A DNA stretch of 64,000 nucleotides from the NCBI RefSeq assembly GCF_030028105.1, contig NC_092380.1, positions 27,305,144-27,369,143 on the forward strand, in the 5' to 3' direction. The position numbers and the translations under genes were made by a program. Numbering within the stretch: position 1 is the stretch's first letter; each line of letters begins with the position of its first letter. This DNA comes from Mobula birostris. Lineage: Eukaryota. Shown in pieces: positions 24,252-35,800 of the stretch. Below the pieces are notes generated by a model. It saw nothing but the letters and a program-made list of their open reading frames with translations, did not search any database and had not been told where the DNA came from.

Positions 24252-26639
24252 GTAAGTAAAGACTTCATGAGTTATCATTGTTTACACAATGTGTTGCTGC
24301 CAACAAGGCCAGAATGTTATACCCAGGATGTGATAGTGATGGTATCCCTCTTCTCTGGGAGGCCTGAAATGGAAATACCTATTACCTCAGTCTTTTGAAT
24401 GTTATCATTAACCAGGTGTGAATCCAGTTAGTAATCATCTTGTGGTAGTTAGCAATCATTGTTAGCAATAGATGGATAGATACTTTCTTGACCCCAAAGG
24501 AAATTTCAGTGTGACAGTAGCATTACAAGTGCACAGATATTAATATTAGAAGTAGAAAGAATAAAAAATAAGTTGCCTCAAACAGTTGAGCAGGAGAGGG
24601 GGGACATCACTTCCCCAGCAATAGGTTGACTCATTATAGAGCCTAATGGCCGAGGGTAAGAATGACCTCATATGGTGCTCTTTGGAGCAATGTAGTTGTC
24701 TTAGTCTTTTACTAAAAGTGCTCCTCTGATCAGCCAAGGTAGAATGGAGAGGGTGAGAAACATCGTCCAGAATTGCCAGGATTTTCCATAGGGTCCTTTG
24801 TTCTACCACAGCCTCCAGTGTGTCCAGTCTGATTCCTTTCTAATCACGTGGCAGTCACAGCCAATGGGAGACGGAACCACCTACAGTACTTCTGGTGCAT
24901 TTGGATCTTTTCCAGCACCCGATTAGTTTAATTTTTCAAAAATAAACCTTATTGATATGAGTATGTACAGGAATTGTTACCAAAATAATTGATGTGTTCT
25001 ATCGTTATATTCACAGTGCCATGTTCTGTGCACAAAATACCACTGCCACTTGCAGCCCCTTTGAACAGTGCACTCGTCCAGTGTTTGTACCTCAGAATCA
25101 GTACCCGATGACAGCCAGGTGTTGGCTCATAATCCATTAGAACATATCATTTTTGAATTCCTGGTGTACTGCTGGTCTCTTCCACAGTGAAGACTGACGT
25201 AAAATACTTAATAAGTTTGTCTGCCATTTCTTTGTCGCTCCATTACTACCTCTCCTGCCTCATTTTCCAGCACTCCAATATCCACTCTTGCCTCTGCTGT
25301 CCTTGTTATGTAACTGAAAAAAGCTTTGTTTTTTTTTATATTATTGGCTAGCTTACCTTCATATTCAATTTTTTTTCTCTCCTTATTGCTTCTTTTAGTT
25401 GTCTTCTGTTGGTTTTTGAAAGCTTCCCAATGTTTATGGGGCTGTCAATCAGACTAATTATCCAATCACAGCTGGGTCTTGGCTCACAGACTTTTCCCTC
25501 AGTCTTTAAAGTGTCTGCACCAAGTTTCAGTGCATCCCTCATTTGGCAGCATTCCCTGACGGACACCTTACTGTACTGGAACATCAAGTTTGGGACAGAC
25601 CAACGTGTGTTTTTCCTCGAGCTGAGGATCTTACAGCTGCTCTTGTTTGTGTTTGGTGTGTGTCCCTGGGAACAGCATGGCTGTCTGAAATGAACAGGGC
25701 CTTGGCATCATTTTCTATGACCCAAGGGCATTGCGAGTGTGATTCCAACTCGGCAGGCGTGACCACTCTCACCCTCAGCCAAGTAAGGTCTTGGTGCTTG
25801 ATAGTGAGGTCCTATCATTTAATGAAGTTGTCACTTACCCAGTGCCCATTTCTACCTGTTTTAACATGAACTACAGCCAAAAACTCCACGTCACAGTCCA
25901 GTGGAACAGTCTCATCTGTGGACCAGGACAGGAAGCATACAGTGCCAGGTTATCACTTCTCGTGCTGGTTGAGAAGTGATAAGCTGATGTTGGGGACTTT
26001 GCTGATGTCGGGGACTTGACTGGGCAGTTTCAGGACTAACTGCAGAACTTCAGCACACGACTGAGGCCTGCAAAGCCTACAAGATCACCTCAAATACTGA
26101 TGCAGCCGGTGCGTGAGAGGTGACACCAGGCTTTGGGTTCTATTACTGCAAGCATCAGTGTGCCTGTAACTGACCATTCAGGGTCCGTCGGGTCCTAGGG
26201 TAACTAATGGAATCCTGGCACATCAATAAAGAACTTATTTCCCTCCCATCTGTAGCCAAAATGACCACTTCTGCAGTTATTCATTGGGATTTTTTTTTCA
26301 TTTACACAGCCTGACCTCCTGGGCATATCCCACAGCTTGCTTTTAGCAGCACTACACAAAGTGTCATCATCCCCAAATGATCCTGTTTGACTCATCTTCA
26401 CCCAGTCAAAGATGGTTGACCCATCACTCTCCTCTCCACACAGGGTATGATCTGTGGATTCTCCCTGCGGGCTGTGGAAGCTCGATCGCTGGGCTATTCG
26501 ACAATTCAGGGAGTTCAGCACTGTGGGCTGTGGAAGCTCGATCACTGGGCGATTGGACAATTCAGGGAGTTCAGCACTGTGTTCTGTGGAAGTTCAATCA
26601 CTGGGGATTTCGACAGTTGAGGCTGATGAGCAAGATATA

Positions 26640-27690
26640 GTCAGAGCCCATGGTATTAAAGGGAAGATTCTAGCAAGGATAGAAGATGGCAGACTGCCAG
26701 GGGGCAAAGAGTAGGAATAAAGGGGGTCTTTTTTAGTTGGCTGCCGGTGACTAGTGGTGCTCTGCAGGGGGTCGGTGTTGGGACCGTTTCTTTTCATGTT
26801 ATATATCAACGATTTGCATGACAGAATTGATGGCTTTGTGGTCAAGTTTGCACCAGATACAAAGATAGGTGGGGGGGCAGGTAGTGTTGAGTAAACAGAA
26901 GGACAGATTAGGAGAACGGACAAAGAGTGGTAGATGAAATATAGTGTTGGGAAGTGTATGGTCCTGCACTTTTGTAGAAGGAATAAAGGCCTGTTTTCTC
27001 AATGGGGAGAAAATTCAAAAATCAGAGGTGCAGAGGAGCTTGGTCCTCATGCAGGATTCCCTAACTTGTCAGTTGAGCAGGTGGGAAGGAAGGCAAATGC
27101 AATGTTAACGTTCATTTCAAGGGACGAGAATATTAAAACAAGGATGTAACGCTGAGGCTTTATAAGGTCTTTGTCAGATCGCTCTTGGAGTATTGAGAGC
27201 GGATTTGGGTCCCATGTCTAAGGAAAGGGTCCAGAGAGGTTCATGAGAATTATTCCGGGAATGAAAGGGTTAACGTGGGATAAGCATTTGACGGTTCCGG
27301 GCCTGTACTCACAGGAATTTAGAAGCATGAGGGGAGGATCTTCTTGAAGCCTATTGAATATTGAAAGGCCTAGACAGCGTGGATGTGGAGAGGATGTTTC
27401 ATATAGTGGGGGAGTCTAGAACCAGAGGGCACAGGCTCAGAATAGATACAGGTCCATTTAGAATGGAGAAGAGGAAGAGTTTTTTTCAGCCACAGATGGC
27501 TGTGGAGGCCAAGTCATTGGGTCTATTTAAAGCAGAGGCTGATCAGTTCTTGATTCATAAGGGCAGCAAAGGTTACAGGGAGGAGACAGGAGAATGGTGT
27601 TGAGAGGGATGATAAATCACCCATGATGGAATGGTGGAGCAGACTTGATGGGCTGAATGGCCCTAATGTTGCTCCTATGTCTTATGGTAC
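26640..27690 (+). mobile_element. CR1 LINE 3' half (degenerate)
   Basis: AHGIKGKILARIED, YSVGKCMVLHF, KGLDSVDVERMF...TRGHRLRI, typical CR1 3' UTR. Confidence 0.8.
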
Positions 27691-27796
27691 ATGTGCCTTC
27701 CCAACCTGTGAAGAAGTGGTGGAGAGAGTGACCATGTATGACATTGGTATGGGGGCAGCTCACTACTGACCTGCTGTGCTTTTGCTTTGTTTTCAG

Positions 27797-27877
27797 CTGG
27801 CTGAAGACTTTCAGTGGAAGCAGCACCTCGAGAATGACTGCCTCAGAATCAAGAAGATGATAGAAAAGGAACAAATG
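27797..27877 (+). CDS. Unknown TM/coiled-coil gene, coding exon 3
   Basis: TTTGCTTTGTTTTCAG acceptor, ATG|GTATGG donor, 81 nt, phase 0-0. LAEDFQWKQHLENDCLRIKKMIEKEQM. Confidence 0.8.
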
Positions 27878-27882
27878 GTATG

Positions 27883-28573
27883 GGTGACTGGGGCTGCTGA
27901 GGGAAGAATGTTTGGATGAATGGGGCTGCTGAGGGAGTGATGTTTGGATGAATGGGGCTGCTGAGGGAGTGATGTTTGGATGACTGGGGCTGCTGAGGGA
28001 GGAATGTTTGGATGAATGGGGCTGCTGAGGGAGGAATGTTTGGATGAATGGGGCTGCTGAGGAAGGAATGTATGGATGAATGGGGCTGCTGAGGGAGTGA
28101 TGTTTGGATGAATGGGGCTGCTGAGGGAGGAATGTTTGGATGAATGGGGCTGCTGAGGGAGGGATGTGTGGATGAATGGGGCTGCTGAGGGAGGGATGTT
28201 TGGATGAATGGGGCTGCTGTGGGAGGAATGTTTGGATGACTTAGGCTGCTGAGGGAGGGATGTTTGGATGACTGGGGCTGCTGAGGGAGGAATGTTTGGA
28301 TGAATGGGGCTGCCGAGGGAAGAATGTTTGGATGACTGGGGCTGCTGAGGGATAGATGTTTGGAGGACTGGAGCTGCTGAGGGAGGAATGTTTGGATGAA
28401 TGGGGCTGCTGAGGGAAGAATGTTTGGATGAATGGGGCTGCTGAGGGAGGGATGTTTGGATGACTGGGGCTGCTGAGGGAGTGATGTTTGGATGAATGGA
28501 GCTGCTGAGGGATAGATGTTTGGAGGACTGGGGCTGCTGAGGGATAGATGTTTGGAGGACTGGGGCTGCTGAG
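27883..28573 (+). repeat. 32-bp G-rich minisatellite, about 21.5 copies
   Basis: Unit approximately GGGGCTGCTGAGGGAGGAATGTTTGGATGAAT, period 32 (27891, 27923, ...). Confidence 0.95.
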
Positions 28574-29811
28574 TGAGGGATATGCTCCACTCCCAACCAC
28601 AGCTGTATGTGACTTAACACACGTTACTGGGCCAATACAGCTGTTCCCTTCTGTGGCTTGCCAGTAGTAGTGTGGTTGATTATCTGCAATGTTTTAATTT
28701 AAATCTGAATACCAGATCTGGAATTGTGTCGGAGAATAAAGGCTGAACTGTGAGTGGGATTGGAACGGAACTGGGTGGAGTGGGGACTGAAGGGATGGTA
28801 GGTGGATGTTCAAAAGTTCAAAGGTTCATTATTAAAGTATGTATGCAGGAGACAACTCAGATTCTTCTTCTCCAGATAGCCACAAAGCAAGACAAACATG
28901 GAAGTCAGTTCAGAGAGAAACAGCAAGCCCACCCTCCTGCACAATAAAAGAACAGCAATATGATCATCGACCTCCTCCCCCACACAAAACGCAACAAGAA
29001 TGGCAGCCCCCAAGCCCCCCCGAAACCACCCCCAACATGAAATGTAACAAGAACATTGGCCTCCTAATACCCCTTTCCTCGCACAAAAACTAACAGAAAC
29101 GCAATGAGAACATCGATCCCCAGACCACACCCCCCACACACAGAACACCACAAGATCATTGACCCCCCCCCCCCACCAAACCCACTCCCCTGCACAAAAG
29201 AACAATGAGAAAGGACGGGAAAAAATCACAGAATATAAAAACCATTAAAAAATCCATAGCCCAAATCCATACATACAGAAACCTCAGTAACATCCTCCAA
29301 GATTACTGAAAGAGAGAGACGCAGCGATAGGCCACAAAGGCTCCATCTCCAGCAGCACAGAGATCCCACCAGCAATCAGAAGGCAGGCAGCTGGCTCCGC
29401 ATTCACCCCGACGTTTCAATCTTCCTCGTCACTTTAACTGGCGAACAATTGGAGCTTTAATATGGAGTCAAACATCGGCGCATGCATAGAAGACAGACAA
29501 AGTAGAGGTGGTATTTTCACTGGAACCTTTGGAGTTTGAGAGGTATATGTATACATGCCAAGTATCATCTCATAATTTCTTCACCTCGAGGCTCACACTC
29601 ACTGCTTTTTGAAATCTTCCCACAGATAGCAAAGTGGTGAATCACTCAATTGTAAATCTCCAAACTGTTAATTGCAGGCTCTAACAGATCCAGAAACACA
29701 TTCAAGATGAAAAGCAGACGTAAACGAAATGAAATAAATAGTTTCGTAGTCTATCCAGAAGATGGCTACTGAGGGAGCATTGTACGCAGGTTCACACCTG
29801 CAGGGGGAGCG

Positions 29812-30165
29812 GGGTTATGGAGTCATGGAGAGATGCAGCACGAAACAGGCTCTTTGGGCCATTATGTTCACCGATCACCGAGCATCCATTTACACTTGTC
29901 CCATCTTTTCTTCTTGCCAAGTTCTCATTAACCTCCCCTGACTTTACCCCTCGGCCTACATGGTGTGTCGGGGGGTGGGTTTGGGAGGGGGAGATAATTT
30001 GCAGAGGTCAATTGACCCACCAACTTGCATGTCTTTGGGATGTGGGAAGCAATCAGAGCTCCTGGGGGGAAACTCAGGTGTACAGGCAGACTCCGCATAG
30101 TCAGCACTGAAGCTGGGTCACTGGCGCTGTGAGGAAATAGCTCTACAAATGTGCCACTGCTTCGT
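29812..30165 (-). mobile_element. HE1/V-SINE-like element (degenerate)
   Basis: Minus strand contains a tRNA-like head and ...GCGGAGTCTGCCTGTAC...CTTCCCACATCCCAAAGACATGC..., with a CR1-type 3' end. Confidence 0.55.
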
Positions 30166-30333
30166 CCTAGTGCTGTGTAAAAGAAATCAATATCATCATG
30201 ATAGAACACAAGTCCTTTCTCCATGGTGATCTGCTCAATGATTTTTACTCCTCGTATATGAAGGATATAAGTAATAAAGTCAAGTCAGGTCAAGTCAAGT
30301 CAATTCATTGTGTTTTTCCCTGTTGGGTGGCAG

Positions 30334-30474
30334 TTTTACAGCATCGAATCCCCGCATGTCATGCAGAGTCACGTGGGCATTGAGGAAGATGCCAGGCGCT
30401 TAATCAGAATCCGCAAGGCAGCAATTCTGCAGGAACTGAAGAAGAAGTTGACCCAGCAGATGGCCAAGATACAG
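30334..30474 (+). CDS. Unknown TM/coiled-coil gene, coding exon 4 (GC donor)
   Basis: Acceptor ...GGCAG at 30333, 141 nt, phase 0-0. FYSIESPH...AILQELKKKLTQQMAKIQ. Donor CAG|GCAAGC. Confidence 0.72.
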
Positions 30475-31349
30475 GCAAGCATACACTGGGCTCATACTGA
30501 AAGGTAGACTTGCATCTTCACAGTGCCTTTTACATCCCCTTTGGGATGTTCAAAATGCCTTACACCCACAGACTCAGGTGGAGATACATTCACTGTTGTA
30601 ATATGGGAATTTGCATAGCTCATTCCCACAGACAATATGATGACATCATTGTTAGTGATGCTCAGTGACTGATAAGTATCAAGCTCTATATGCCTGGTCA
30701 TCAGCTAAACAGAGGAATCTTTTCCTTTCAACTAGACAATCACGAGTCATTTTAGTTTAACCTCTTTAGCCATGTAACATTTCCTCCAATGCCCTGTGAT
30801 CCAGCATTTTCTCTAGTCAGGAAAATATCTGATAATTTGGCACACTCACCTTTGATGCCAGATGGGCAGATATTCTGGATTATTGATTAATGGCCCAACA
30901 CACTTCAGATTTTTTTTTGTTTGACTATTACAAAGTATTATAGTAAATGCTAGATTTAAAGGGAACATGGGAATGGGAGCCCTGCTGTGTGAAAAGGGAA
31001 GCCTACTTTTACCTGGCGATCTGGGTGCCGAAACTTGGGATTTCCAAACAGCCGGTCAGCAGATGAGTAGAATTTAACTGGGATTACCATATAACCTGAA
31101 GAGGCAAAATTCCTTTTTTGTACAGATTGGAAAGTCTAGATTTGGACAAGCTCATCGTCCCCCCTATCAGAGGTTTCCACGCCTATGAGGACCCTGTAGA
31201 ATCCAGCATCACATTGCCTCTTTATCTGTTTCAGCACTAATGCTGTCATTCTAGAAATCTTGCTCCAAACCCTTTTCAGGGAACCTATTCAGGAATCTCT
31301 CCTAAACACAATACTAGAATCTTTTATCTCCAAAGTCCTGACAACGAAT

Positions 31350-31820
31350 CTGAGGTTCACAAAAATGAACCCAGGAATGAAAGGGTTAACATTTGAGAAG
31401 CATTTGATTGCTCTGGGCCTGTACTCACAGGAATTTAGAAGAATGAGGGGAGGAATGTCATTGGAAGCTATCAAGTGATGAAAGGTCTGAATAAAGTGGA
31501 TGTGGAGAGGACGTGTCCCATAGTGGGGGAGTCTAGGCCCAGAGGACACAACCTCATAATTGAGAGATGTCCATTTAGAACAGAGATGAGGAGAAATTTC
31601 TTCAGCCAGAGGGTGATGAATCATTAGAATTCATTGCCACAGATGGTTCTCCAGGTCAAGTCATTGGATAGATTTAAAGCGGAGGTTGATAGGTTCTTGA
31701 TTAATCATAGAGAGTCAAAAGTTGCGGGAAGAAGGCAGGAGAATGGTGTTGAGAGGGGTAATAATGGAGCAGACTTGATGGGCTGAATGGCCTAATTTGG
31801 CTCCTATGCCTAATGGACTA
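31350..31820 (+). mobile_element. CR1 LINE 3' fragment
   Basis: RFTKMNPGMKGLTFEKHLIALGLYSQEFRRMRG plus CR1 3' UTR. Confidence 0.8.
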
Positions 31821-32249
31821 AGACAGGAAACAATATGGCCAATATCATTTTTCAACACTCACTATTCCTCCCAACTTTGTGGTCCTTTGAGATCTGCTTG
31901 GGTATCAAGTTAAAACCCAAACGCATCATGTCTAAACCCAAACTGACCCAGACCTAAGGACTTCCAATTTCCACATGTTCCCAAGAATATAGCAATCTCA
32001 GAGGTGCTCTTCATCTGCTTGAGGTTGAAACACCAAATAACGGAGGAACTGTGCAGTTAGACCACAACTCTGCAGGGCCAGGTCTGCCTGACTCTTCTCT
32101 CAGGATGTACACCCCACTGAACCCTGTTGCACACATTCAGGGCCCTAGAGGCCTGGGTCAGATGCATTCTATTATTTGTACGTTAACAGATTAAAGTGAA
32201 ACCGAGCTGATGTGGGCCAAGCAAACGTAATGCATTGGTTTTGTTGCAG

Positions 32250-32315
32250 GAACTGATGAAACAATGTGAGCAAGCTGCAGGTCAGAAACACCGTCCAAGC
32301 CTTAACAGATGTTGA
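32250..32315 (+). CDS. Unknown TM/coiled-coil gene, terminal coding exon
   Basis: TTTTGTTGCAG acceptor, phase 0. ELMKQCEQAAGQKHRPSLNRC-TGA. AATAAA 7 nt after the stop. Confidence 0.7.
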   Translation, partial: ELMKQCEQAAGQKHRPSLNRC

Positions 32316-32322
32316 TATTGTC

Positions 32323-32328
32323 AATAAA
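32323..32328 (+). terminator. Polyadenylation signal of the unknown gene
   Basis: AATAAA just after the predicted stop, with GT/CT-rich sequence downstream. Confidence 0.55.
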
Positions 32329-32592
32329 GACAAGATTATCTTGATATCTGTGGCTGCCTCAATCTGTCTTCCACCCTTTTCCCTCTCAAGCTTTCTGGTC
32401 CTCTCTCTTCCATGCTCCCCTCGCTCAGAGGCGTTTAAATAATTGCCCCGAGTTACACAAGGCAAATGAGCAAAAGGTTGCCCTAGTTTGTAGGAGGGAG
32501 GGTGATCAGAGGGTTTAGGGAGTTAATTCCAAACCACTGTCCAGGCTGCTGAAGACACGCCTTGCCTTGCGCTCTCTGTACAGCAACAGGAA

Positions 32593-32909
32593 ATCATCAT
32601 CATAGGCATCCGTTAGTCTCGTGAGACCATGGATTTGCACCTTGGAAGGTTTCCAGGGTGCAGGCCTGGGCAAGGTTGTATGGAAGACCAGCAATTGCCC
32701 ATGCTGCAAGTCTCCCCTCTCCACGCCACTGATGTTGTCCAAGGGAAGGGCATTAGAACCCATTCAGCTTAGCACCAGTGCAGTCACAGAGCAATGTGTG
32801 GTTAAGTGTCTTGCTCAAGGACACAACACACTGCCTCAGCCAAGGTTTAAACTAACGACCTTCAGACCACTAGATGAATGCCTTAACCACTTGGCCATGC
32901 ACCAACACT
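32593..32909 (-). mobile_element. tRNA-derived SINE
   Basis: Reverse complement of the 44110-44424 family. Box A TGGCCAAGTGG, (ATG)n tail. Confidence 0.85.
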
Positions 32910-33519
32910 CAGGGAAGTAGCAGGTGATTATATAACACTGTGCAAAAGTCTTAGCAAGAGCACTTAAAGACTTTTGCACGGCACTGTATTTATCAACGTG
33001 GAGCAAGGCGTGTGTTTATAAATCTGGCAGGAGCAAAGGATGTTGGGAATGATGAGGGTGGAATGCTGCGGGAGGGCTGACGGACAGGTAGCAGAGAAGG
33101 AATGCCAGGTGCAGGTGGTGGCATAGGTGCAGTCACACCCAGCCCTGAGACTGCAAGCAGGGTTAGTTGTTTCCAAATAACTAGCTTATTGATCATTACA
33201 GCATGCCCTTCTGGTGCTTCCCTCTCCCTTCCTCTTTTCTCAACCATGATTCCCCTCTCCCTGTCCCCTTCCCTCTCTTAGTCCACAATAGTGACTGAGA
33301 TCAGAATCAGGTTTATCATCACTCACATATGTCATGAAATTTGTTTCCTGCTGCAGCAGCAACAGTTGTTCAATACATAAAATTAGTACAATACTGTGCA
33401 AAAGTCGTACCCTATCTGTGCCTAAGACCTTTGCACAGTACTGCAGTGAAGGAATGCGGGGAACTCAGGAAGACTATTGGTTTCAAAACAAATGTGAAAA
33501 GAACATGAGTGCCGGTGTG

Positions 33520-34320
33520 GACAAGTCAAAGTGATGACTGTGGACTTCAGGAAGGCACAGGTCAACCACTCTCCCTTGCACATCAATGGCTCTGCTATGG
33601 AGAGAGTGAAGAGCACAAAGTTCCTTGGTGTGCACATAATGGACGATCTAATCTGGACCAGTAGTGCCTCCTCAGTAGTCAAGAAAGAGTAGCAACATCT
33701 ATACTTTCTGAGGCGATCGGGCTGTGCAAGGCTCCACACCCCCATTCTAACAACTTTCAACAGGAGTACCATCGACAGTGTCCTGTCTGGCTGAACCATT
33801 GTATGGTAAGAAAGTTACATGGCATTGGAATGAAAGACCCTACGGAGGACAGTAAAAAACATCTGAGAGGATCACCAAGGTCTCCTTTGCCCCTATTTTG
33901 TGACATTTACTGGGGGTATTGTATAAAAGGGGCCCAAAGTATTGCTGAAGATCCCTACCACCCATTCCACAATCTCTTTGGACCCACTACCATCAGGAAG
34001 AAGGCCATCAGGACCAGGACTGCCAGACTGGGTAACAGCTTCTTCCCTCAGGCTGTGAGACTAATGAGTACCCTGGCACCACCGAGGTCTCATCACTAGG
34101 ACAGCAAGCTGTTTACTATCTACAGTACTGTTTACTGTTCACCTGTGCTGTACAGTACATGCATTTTTAATCACATTTTATTAACTAATTGGTGGTACAT
34201 TTTGTTTTATATGCTGTGCATGATATAAGTTTTATGCCACACCATGGTCCAGAGGAATGTTGCTTTATTTTGTTGTATATAATGTACAGTCAGATGACAA
34301 TAAACTTGAAGTTGAACTTG
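33520..34320 (+). mobile_element. Degenerate LINE RT 3' fragment
   Basis: Remnants of VDFRK...KFLGVHI and RTARLGNSFFPQAVRL. AATAAA plus a TTGAAC-type tail. Confidence 0.7.
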
Positions 34321-35029
34321 GAGGAGCTAGGAGGGATTCAGAAAGAAGGCTGTGAAATTGAATAGCGAGTTTTGTTAAACAGGGACCTAGTAAGGACTTG
34401 GGGAGATGGATGAATGGAACAATGTTGATTTAGAATTTATTATGGGAGGCCAAACATGAGAATAGTCTCATTCTAAACATATTTTTTTTTTCTTTTCTTG
34501 GTGAATCTACACTGCCATCTCACTATGTCCTAGCCCAGATGATGTGACCCACTAATTCTTAATGTTGAAGACAAAGACTGCCCAAGTTCTTGGGAAAACA
34601 GCTGATGGGATATCCATAGTCTGTTGATTCGACACAATGGACCAATACAGTGCCTGGTGTTATTATTCTACGCAATATATCATCTTTATGAAAATAGGAA
34701 GTGGGATTTTGGGTATTGCAAACCAGATTTATATATGGTGATCCTCACTACAGATTATACCGTTCCCTTTAGCAGAACATTCTCTCCACTGAGTCGTGCT
34801 GCAAATCTGAAATCAAAGCTGCAATTGCTGGAAATAGTCAGCAGGTCAGGCAGCATCTATGTAGAGAGACACAAAAAGAAGGTCTCAGGCTGATGACTCC
34901 TTATAGTTACGCAGAATGCGTGGGTGATTTCTGTTGACCTTAGATCTCTTGGGTTCCTGTGATCAATTGGTGAGATGGAAACTAAGATTTCCAAATATTA
35001 TCCCTGGTCAAGAACATCCTTCACCATTT

Positions 35030-35800
35030 CAGCCAGCTCCAATGCAACCCACCACCAGTCATAAGCTTCCTGCTTTCAGGGGGGATTGCTCTTCACAATA
35101 ACTCGGTTAACCCCAACCACCCCTGTCTGTCTCCTGGCATTTCTCCCTGCTACCGAAGGAGATGTTACACCTGTCCCTTCACTTCTTCCATCACCACCAT
35201 GCAGGGACTAAACGAGTGAGGCAGAGGTTCCCTTGCCCCTCTTCTAACTTGGTTTACTGCATTCAGTGTTCACAAGAAGGCTGTCCCTGCATTGTGCAAA
35301 CCGGATATAGATTAACCAACTGTTTTGCAGATCATCTGTGCTCTGTCGCAACCAGTATCTCCAGCTTCCGGTTGCATATTTCCCACCCCCACAGTGACCA
35401 GTCTGTCCTCGGACTTCTCCACTGCATCCGAGAGGCCAAAAGCAAATTGAATTAACAACATCTCACATTCTGCTTGGGCAGCTGACAACCCAATAGCATG
35501 AGTATTTAATTTACGTGTTTCAGGTAATCTACATCCCTGGTGCTCTCCCCCACACACTCACCTAGCTACCTGATTTTCTTTGTTCACTCGTCCCATCCCC
35601 ATTCCATTTCTCCACCTGGATTCACCTGTCCATTCTCCCCTTCCCACCTGGTTCACCTATCACACACCATCCTCCTCGATGTGCTATACACTGGCACTTT
35701 CCTCATCCGTCTCAGTCCTGATGCAGGACCCAAAACACTGACTATTCCTTTCTCTTCCACAGATGCTGCTCAGCCCAATGTGTTCCTCCAGCAGATGAAT
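35030..35800 (+). mobile_element. Old Penelope GIY-YIG/pLTR fragment
   Basis: VRQRFPCPSSNLVYCIQCS...GLLHC. Degenerate AGTCCTGATGCAGG...AAAACACTGACT hammerhead remnant at about 35714-35743. Confidence 0.65.

Noticed and set aside
26469-26620. 56-bp direct repeats (about 2.7 copies) resembling a CRISPR array
   Set aside because: Contiguous tandem duplication of CR1-like 3' sequence, with no unique spacers and in a eukaryotic context.
27811-28620. 269-aa Ser/Pro/His/Gln-rich ORF on the minus strand
   Set aside because: It is the translation of the 32-bp minisatellite, antisense to a predicted exon and intron.
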